The notes below the pieces were generated by a model. It had not been told where the DNA came from. It worked only from the letters and a program-made list of their open reading frames with translations, and searched no databases. From Bacillota bacterium (GTDB taxonomy: Bacteria > Bacillota > Clostridia > Christensenellales > Christensenellaceae): 32,000 bases of DNA. Below, piece by piece: positions 26,207 to 32,000 of the stretch (the stretch's first letter is position 1; every line of letters starts with the position of its first letter). Location of the stretch: contig JAEYKI010000015.1 of assembly GCA_023408315.1 (NCBI GenBank), positions 8,985-40,984 of the forward strand. Direction: 5' to 3'. A program made the translations under genes and the position numbers.

Positions 26207-26395
26207 TTAATTAACCAAAAAATTCACTTAAAATATTTTTTTCTTGCAATTAAATAATGTATAAAAAAGCGCAAAAAAACAAACCATCTAATAATATTTG
26301 CGATTAAATAAAAATAAAAAATTAATAGAAAGAAAAATGAAAATATTACTTGCATTTTAGAAATATATAATTTAGAATGAGCTTATTGCTACTGG

Positions 26396-26407
26396 CGAAA
26401 TATTTCG
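26396..26407. promoter_or_regulatory. Perfect 12-bp palindrome CGAAATATTTCG; candidate operator upstream of the ABC operon
   Basis: Read directly from the sequence, ~40 bp upstream of the permease start. The regulator (LacI at 30141 or DeoR at 24193) is unknown. Confidence 0.25.
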
Positions 26408-26448
26408 TGAATACACTTAACTTGTTAATATTAATGGAGGAGACAGTA

Positions 26449-27423
26449 ATGGGGAACGCAGACAAGTCTAATAGTTGGTTGAGTAAAATATTCAGTATAA
26501 GAGAAATGGGAGTAATTATTCCTTTAATTGTTGCGGTTATTATCTTTTCGTTTGGGAACAATTTCATGACCGTTGGAAACATGACGGATGTTTTGAGGAC
26601 TACTTCATTTACTTTTATTACCGCGATTGGAATGGCATATTTGATGATCTCGGGAGGATGGGACTTGTCGGTCGGCGCGGTTTATGCACTTGCCGGCGTT
26701 GTTTGCGGCCTTCTTATGACGGCGGGCATTCCAATTCCTCTGGCAATTGCTATTTCTTTGTTGGTTGGCGTCGCCGTAGGCTGTGTCAATGGTTTTTTTG
26801 TACAGGTTGTTAATCTGAATCCTTTTATAGCCACCATGGCAACAATGTATTTGGCCAGAGGGTTTGTGCTTGGTTTTCAAAAAGGCCAAGCGGTTTATCC
26901 TCTTCCCGACGGCTTTAATGCAATAGGTCAGGGCAGTTTGATGATTGGTACTATTGGTATCCCTTATGTGGTCATTATTGCGGTTGCCCTGGGTGTTATT
27001 GCTACTCTGGTATTAAGGTATACGGTATATGGCCGAATGCTCTTCGCGGTTGGCGGTAATGTGGAAGCTGCTCGTTTGGCGGGTATCCCTACAAATAAAA
27101 TTCGTTATAGCGCATATGTGCTGACTGGTTTACTTGCCGCATTGACCGGTATATTAATGGCGGCACGCTTGGGTTCGGGCCAGCCAAACGTAGGCTCCGG
27201 CTTTGAAATGACTGTTATTGCAGCCTGTGTTATCGGCGGTGTAAGCTTAGCCGGTGGTGTAGGAAAAATATATGGCGCATTTTTAGGTGCTGTATTTATG
27301 GCGATGATTTCAAACGGTATGACCATTATTCAGATATCCTCTTATTGGCAACAGTTGGTTCTCGGTATTGTATTGTTATTGGCTTGTTCTTTGGAATATT
27401 TTAGAATCCGCTTTAAAAAATAA
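26449..27423 (+). CDS. Sugar ABC transporter permease (CUT2/RbsC-like)
   Basis: I place the start at ATG 26449, behind GGAGGAG. The product has ~10 TM helices and RbsC/branched-type permease sequence (..ISGGWDLSVGAVYALAG.., ..ARLGSGQPNVGSGFEMTVIAACVIGGVSLAGGVGK..). Confidence 0.85.
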   Translation: MGNADKSNSWLSKIFSIREMGVIIPLIVAVIIFSFGNNFMTVGNMTDVLRTTSFTFITAIGMAYLMISGGWDLSVGAVYALAGVVCGLLMTAGIPIPLAIAISLLVGVAVGCVNGFFVQVVNLNPFIATMATMYLARGFVLGFQKGQAVYPLPDGFNAIGQGSLMIGTIGIPYVVIIAVALGVIATLVLRYTVYGRMLFAVGGNVEAARLAGIPTNKIRYSAYVLTGLLAALTGILMAARLGSGQPNVGSGFEMTVIAACVIGGVSLAGGVGKIYGAFLGAVFMAMISNGMTIIQISSYWQQLVLGIVLLLACSLEYFRIRFKK

Positions 27424-27436
27424 GGGAGGGTTTACT

Positions 27437-28948
27437 GTGTCAGAATATTTGCTGGAAATGAAAAATATAACGAAAAGTTTTGGCGGTGTCCAGGCGCTAA
27501 AAAACGTTTCGATCAATTTAAAGAAAAATGAGATTCTAGCGTTGGTGGGAGAGAATGGTGCAGGAAAATCCACATTGATGAAAATTCTCAGCGGCAGCTA
27601 TTCTCATATGTCTTATGATGGTGAGATATGGATAGAAGGTTCGAAGAAGAATTTTGCTACCCCGGCTGATTCTGAGTCTAGTGGAATCGAAATGATTTAT
27701 CAAGAGATCAGCGCCCATCTTGATTTAAGCGTTGCCGAAAACATTTTTTTGGGACGCATTCCGGTCAAAAGCGGCATTGTACAGTGGAACAGGATGTTTG
27801 AGGAAGCAAAAATTTACACGGATATGGTCGGTCTTGATGTTTCTGTTCAGCAACCCGTAAGTGATCTGTCTACTAGCCAACTGCAGATGGTTACCATTGC
27901 CAGAGCGTTGTCCAGGAATCCTAGAATTCTCGTTTTGGATGAGCCGACAAGTGCACTTACAGAGAAAGAAGTAGCGCATTTGTTTGAAAACCTTTTTAAG
28001 TTGCGTGATCAAGGCATTTCCTGTATTTATATCAGTCATAAAATTAAAGAGGTAATGTATCTGGCGAATCGAGTGACTGTCCTAAGGGATGGGTGCAATG
28101 TTAGTACCAACGATATTAAAGAAGTAACGGCGGATAATATTGTAGAAAAAATGGTAAACCGCAAAATTGTTAACATGTATCCCAAAGAAGATGTTCAAAT
28201 TGGAGAAGAAGTTTTACGAATAGAAAATTTAGTCGTTCCTCATCCGTTTAACCCAGGTAAAAATATTGTAGATAATGTATCTTTCAATTTGCATAAGGGT
28301 GAGATATTAGGTCTTGTAGGCCTGGTAGGTTCAGGCAGGAGCGAGACTGTCAATGCGATTGTCGGCGCGATTAAGGCGGCTTCAAAAGATATTTATTTGG
28401 AAGGAAAGAAAGTTCAGATCAGGAATCCTCGTGACGCCATAAAAAAAGGGATTGTATTGCTGAGCGAAGACCGCAAAATAAACGGTTATGTACCGACTTT
28501 GGATATAGCGGGCAATATTTCGCTGGCCAGCATTAATAAAATTTCACGGAGATACATACTTCAGAAGAAAAAAGAAAAAGAGTATGCACTTAAATATATT
28601 CAGAATCTCAGTATAAAAGTTCGCAATGAACTTGACGACGTATTGAATTTGTCCGGAGGTAACCAGCAAAAGGTAGTTTTAGCTAAATGGCTTATGACTG
28701 AGCCCCGCGTGTTGCTCTTGGATGAACCTACGAGAGGCATTGATGTTGGCGCAAAGAGCCAAATATATCAGATCATGTCCGATTTAGCTAAGCAAGGTAT
28801 GGCAATTGTAATGATTTCTTCTGAACTGCCCGAACTTGTTGGGATGTGCGACCGCTTTATTGTGCTGTCCGAAGGCCGGCAAAAGGCGGAATTAGGGCGG
28901 GGAGACGCCGATGAAGAGAAGTTTTTGCGTATAACCACAAATGGCTGA
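27437..28948 (+). CDS. Sugar ABC transporter ATP-binding protein with duplicated ABC domains (RbsA-like)
   Basis: GTG start at 27437, after AAGGGAGGG. Walker A GENGAGKST, signature LSTSQLQMV, Walker B ILVLDEPT. The second half has LSGGNQQKV and LLLDEPTRGID. Confidence 0.9.
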   Translation: MSEYLLEMKNITKSFGGVQALKNVSINLKKNEILALVGENGAGKSTLMKILSGSYSHMSYDGEIWIEGSKKNFATPADSESSGIEMIYQEISAHLDLSVAENIFLGRIPVKSGIVQWNRMFEEAKIYTDMVGLDVSVQQPVSDLSTSQLQMVTIARALSRNPRILVLDEPTSALTEKEVAHLFENLFKLRDQGISCIYISHKIKEVMYLANRVTVLRDGCNVSTNDIKEVTADNIVEKMVNRKIVNMYPKEDVQIGEEVLRIENLVVPHPFNPGKNIVDNVSFNLHKGEILGLVGLVGSGRSETVNAIVGAIKAASKDIYLEGKKVQIRNPRDAIKKGIVLLSEDRKINGYVPTLDIAGNISLASINKISRRYILQKKKEKEYALKYIQNLSIKVRNELDDVLNLSGGNQQKVVLAKWLMTEPRVLLLDEPTRGIDVGAKSQIYQIMSDLAKQGMAIVMISSELPELVGMCDRFIVLSEGRQKAELGRGDADEEKFLRITTNG

Positions 28949-28995
28949 TGTGGCTTCAAACGGGGAATCCCGTCAAATAAAAAGGAGGAAAAAAC

Positions 28996-30069
28996 ATGAG
29001 AAAGATTTTTGTTTTGATCTTGGTAGCTAGCCTACTCTTATCTCTGGTAGCGTGTTCTGGCAATGGAGCCCAAGCAGGCGCTGCGACGAGTGGAGAGGCG
29101 GCCAGCAGCAGTGCTCCGGTTAGTGAATCCGCAGCAGCCGCAAGTTCACAAGGATCGTCGGCGAAACAGCCCCATATCGTTTTGGTTAACGCAATTGTTG
29201 GACATCCGGTATATGAGCAGCAGGCTGAAGCTGCCAGAGAGGCAGCCGCAGATTATAATGTAAAGCTGGATATTATCGGGCCGCCTATGGGAGACAGTGA
29301 TCTTGTAGGTACCACTGTAACCAACTTTGATAATGCAATTGCTATGCATCCCGACGCCATAATTACCGAGCCTTGGGATCCGTCCTTCATGGCATCAATG
29401 AGTAAGATCCGTCAAGCGGGCATTCCAAACTTTTGTACAAGTAACGCTCCAACCAATGCGGATGACTATGTCGCTATGATTGGTACGGATAATATTAAAT
29501 ATGGTCAGACTGCTGCCGAAATGATTGCCCAAAAGACCGGCGGCAAAGCAAATGTGCTTATCATGTTCGCTAATCTTGCAGCAGCAAACCAGATGGAACA
29601 AGCAAAAGGGTTTGAAGATGCGATAGCAAAGAATTACCCCAACATTAAGGTAGTTGCCAAAGATGCGGATAACGCGGACGCTTCAAAAGCCGTTACTCAG
29701 TTTGAACAGGATTTTAAAGCTTACCCGGAAATCGATGTGGTTCTGATGCTTGAGGGTACCGGCGGACCTTCTGCGGCTCAGGTGGCTGCCGAGATGAATA
29801 AGAAAGTTCTGATTCTCGATATTGATGCAACTGATCAGACAATTGCCAATATTACCAAAGGTACCGAATGGGCTACCTTGGCTCAAAACTTCTATAAAAG
29901 GGGATACGAGAGCGTACGTATGGCTGCCGAATATTTACAGAACGGCAATGCAAGTTCCTTTAACAAGGATAATGACTCGGGTACTGTATTGATTGATTCT
30001 TCCAATGTTGCTGACTATAAAGCGGTGCTGCAAGCTGCAATCAATAAAAAGGGGACTCCTTTGAAATAA
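28996..30069 (+). CDS. Sugar ABC transporter substrate-binding lipoprotein (periplasmic-binding-protein type I)
   Basis: Signal peptide with lipobox LVACSG, an Ala/Ser-rich tether, and a PBP1 fold pattern (..IVLVNAIVGHPVY.., ..VLMLEGTGGP..). Confidence 0.85.
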   Translation: MRKIFVLILVASLLLSLVACSGNGAQAGAATSGEAASSSAPVSESAAAASSQGSSAKQPHIVLVNAIVGHPVYEQQAEAAREAAADYNVKLDIIGPPMGDSDLVGTTVTNFDNAIAMHPDAIITEPWDPSFMASMSKIRQAGIPNFCTSNAPTNADDYVAMIGTDNIKYGQTAAEMIAQKTGGKANVLIMFANLAAANQMEQAKGFEDAIAKNYPNIKVVAKDADNADASKAVTQFEQDFKAYPEIDVVLMLEGTGGPSAAQVAAEMNKKVLILDIDATDQTIANITKGTEWATLAQNFYKRGYESVRMAAEYLQNGNASSFNKDNDSGTVLIDSSNVADYKAVLQAAINKKGTPLK

Positions 30070-30076
30070 AATAGGG

Positions 30077-30125
30077 TTTTATGGGGGCCTGTCTAGGTGT
30101 ATATCTAGTATCAGGCCCCATAAAA
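30077..30125 (+). other. Strong hairpin (14-15-bp stem) between the binding-protein gene and lacI-type gene
   Basis: TTTTATGGGGGCCTG-...-CAGGCCCCATAAAA. No T-run follows on the + strand, so it is a possible partial terminator or mRNA stabiliser rather than a canonical terminator. Confidence 0.4.
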
Positions 30126-30140
30126 CAATCGAGGTTGGAT

Positions 30141-31127
30141 ATGGTAAGGCTGAAAGATATTGCTGATAAAGCAGGAGTGACTGTGGGGTCAGTCTCGAAG
30201 GCATTAAGCGGCAGCCCCGAAATTAGTGCATCAACTGCACAACGTGTAAAAACGGCAGCTTATGAGATAGGATACCGCTCTAAGAAAACATCAAAAAATA
30301 CAAAATCAATCGGTATCGTTCTGCCTGAAGTTCGGAGTCACTATTATGCTGAGTTAATGCATTCTTTAAATGATGAAATAAGTAAATATGGGTACTCAAC
30401 AATTACAATGCTAAGCGGCTTTACTACGGAAGGCGTTTTAAACGCATATGAAAATATGCTTCAGCATGATATTAAGGGCCTGTTTATAAGCGGCGTTACT
30501 TTTTTAACCGAATCATTATGTAAGCGCATCATTGCTGAAGGGGTTCCGACAGTACTTTTTACTGAGTACAAATTCCCTTATGCCATTGATTCCATTTATG
30601 TAAAAACAGATAATGTACTGCGTCTTGCCGTGGAACATTTGAAGCAGCTGGGTCATAAGAAAATAGGCTATTTGGGAGAATTTAATTCAAATGTCAGATA
30701 TGACGCCTTATGCGAAGTCCTGAAACAAAACAGCCTTGAGATTAATCCTAAGTTTGTTAAAAAAGGCAAAGAAAGATTCGAATTGGGAGGTTATTTGCGC
30801 GCTTGCGAGCTGTTGCAGGAAAAAGAGCTTCCAACAGCGGTCATTACGAGTTATGACCAGATGGCTTTTGGCGCAATGCGCGCTTTTTTTGAAAAAGGAA
30901 TTAAAGTTCCGGATGATATTTCCATTGTGGGCGTTGATAATCTTGTTTTAGATGAATATCTCCCTGTTCAGATTACGAGTGTCAACAGTCCGGTCCAAAA
31001 AATGGGAGTCATCGCTGCGAAATTATTGCTAGATAACATTGGAAACCCATCTGCGCATGTGGTGCAAAATGTTTCGTTGCAGAGCAAGCTGATTATTCGG
31101 AATTCAACCAGTTCTCCAAATAGGTAG
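30141..31127 (+). CDS. LacI-family transcriptional regulator
   Basis: I place the start at ATG 30141 (MVRLKDIADKAGVTVGSVSKALSG..), a classic LacI HTH. A PBP1-type effector domain follows (..SIVGVDN..). Confidence 0.9.
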   Translation: MVRLKDIADKAGVTVGSVSKALSGSPEISASTAQRVKTAAYEIGYRSKKTSKNTKSIGIVLPEVRSHYYAELMHSLNDEISKYGYSTITMLSGFTTEGVLNAYENMLQHDIKGLFISGVTFLTESLCKRIIAEGVPTVLFTEYKFPYAIDSIYVKTDNVLRLAVEHLKQLGHKKIGYLGEFNSNVRYDALCEVLKQNSLEINPKFVKKGKERFELGGYLRACELLQEKELPTAVITSYDQMAFGAMRAFFEKGIKVPDDISIVGVDNLVLDEYLPVQITSVNSPVQKMGVIAAKLLLDNIGNPSAHVVQNVSLQSKLIIRNSTSSPNR

Positions 31128-31152
31128 TAATTGAAAACGAGGAGTGACAAAG

Positions 31153-32000
31153 ATGTCTGATAAAAAGGTAGGTTTTGTGTGTTTTGGCGAAATAAATACA
31201 CCTTATGATAAACTTCAGATAAAACATGATGAAGCACTTGCGTCCCTAACAAAGCTGAATTACGACATTTTAGATACTGGGATTGTTATAGATGATATTG
31301 AATATAAAACCGCTGATAATGCTGTAAAGAAATTAAAACAGTTTGAAATGGATTGTTTGATTGTCTGTGTTGCCGGTTGGATCCCGACTCATGCTGTTAT
31401 ACGTGTTACCGATGCTTTTCGGCACGTTCCAATATTGCTTTGGGGCCTTTGCGGGTGGCATGAAAACGGACATCTGGTAACTACAGCTCCGCAGGCGGGC
31501 ACGACTGCGGTTAGGCCAGTTTTGGAAGCGTTAGGTTATACTTTTAAATATGTGTACAGTGTAATAAATCAGCCTGTTCCATTCCAAAAGATTGATGCTT
31601 TTGTTTCTGCCTGTTATGCAGCGAATTGCCTTCGAAAAGCCCGCGTGGGTACCATGGGGTACAGGGATATGCTTTTGTACGGGACTCAATATGAAGGAAA
31701 TTCGCTGCGCGGAAAGATAGGCGTGGAAGTAGAGCCATTTGAAATGCTTGAAATGTTGCAAAACATGGAGCATTTGGACTTGGCTCAAATACAGGAAGCC
31801 TTGGATTATGTAAAAAAATTCTGGAATTTTGTCAAGCCTTGTGACGATATGGTTATTGAGCAGGGGATTAAATATGCGCTTGCAATTGGCAAAAAGATCA
31901 AAGAACGGGGATATGAGGCAATTTCTTTGATTGATGTTGACGGGATGAAGAAACTGCTGGGTTTTCCGCCTGCCATGGTGTTTATGCTGCTAGAACACTA
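31153..32000 (+). CDS. L-fucose/L-arabinose isomerase-family protein (5' part; runs off the right edge)
   Basis: Absent from the ORF track because no stop lies in the window. My translation from ATG 31153 (RBS GAGGAG) gives MSDKKVGFVCFGEINTPYDKLQ...DCLIVCVAGWIPTHAV...LLWGL...TTAPQAGTTAVRPVLEALGY...GTMGYRDMLLYG... This resembles COG2407-type isomerases. Confidence 0.55.
   Translation, partial: MSDKKVGFVCFGEINTPYDKLQIKHDEALASLTKLNYDILDTGIVIDDIEYKTADNAVKKLKQFEMDCLIVCVAGWIPTHAVIRVTDAFRHVPILLWGLCGWHENGHLVTTAPQAGTTAVRPVLEALGYTFKYVYSVINQPVPFQKIDAFVSACYAANCLRKARVGTMGYRDMLLYGTQYEGNSLRGKIGVEVEPFEMLEMLQNMEHLDLAQIQEALDYVKKFWNFVKPCDDMVIEQGIKYALAIGKKIKERGYEAISLIDVDGMKKLLGFPPAMVFMLLEH

Noticed and set aside
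1-32000. CRISPR arrays, rRNA/tRNA genes, prophage or defence-system signatures
   Set aside because: I found no regularly spaced short repeats, no rRNA- or tRNA-like sequences, and no nuclease, helicase or methyltransferase ORFs. The only repeats are the IS ends, the 240-bp direct repeat and the hgcA internal duplication.

Overview
The window looks like a chromosomal segment of a moderate-GC Firmicute, probably Clostridia-like, judged from GGAGG-type RBSs, TTG/GTG starts and gene content. No database search was run. Gene order: (1) a minus-strand pair, peptidoglycan-binding protein plus ankyrin-repeat lipoprotein; the lipoprotein runs off the left edge and is missing from the ORF track. (2) An IS-scarred junction holding an orfA-less IS3-family element. 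(3) A complete kdpFABC-kdpDE potassium-uptake module, bracketed by two ~240-bp direct repeats. (4) A minus-strand P-type Ca2+/Mn2+-type ATPase with a structured leader: a candidate yybP-ykoY-like aptamer followed by two tandem intrinsic terminators. (5) The most interesting block, an apparent five-gene operon arsR-hgcA-hgcB-(CoA-disulfide/persulfide reductase with rhodanese domain)-acr3. Here the corrinoid/ferredoxin mercury-methylation pair HgcAB sits inside an arsenite sensor/exporter operon. A duplicated Cys-rich module spans the arsR/hgcA overlap. (6) A carbohydrate locus: a YjbQ-like protein and an archaeal-type TIM diverge from SIS isomerase-DeoR-MFS, followed by a CUT2-type sugar ABC transporter, a LacI regulator and a FucI/AraA-family isomerase that runs off the right edge. 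I saw no rRNA genes, tRNA genes or CRISPR arrays. All functional calls rest on motifs I recognise in the translations. Percent identities and GC shifts are by-eye impressions, not computed values.
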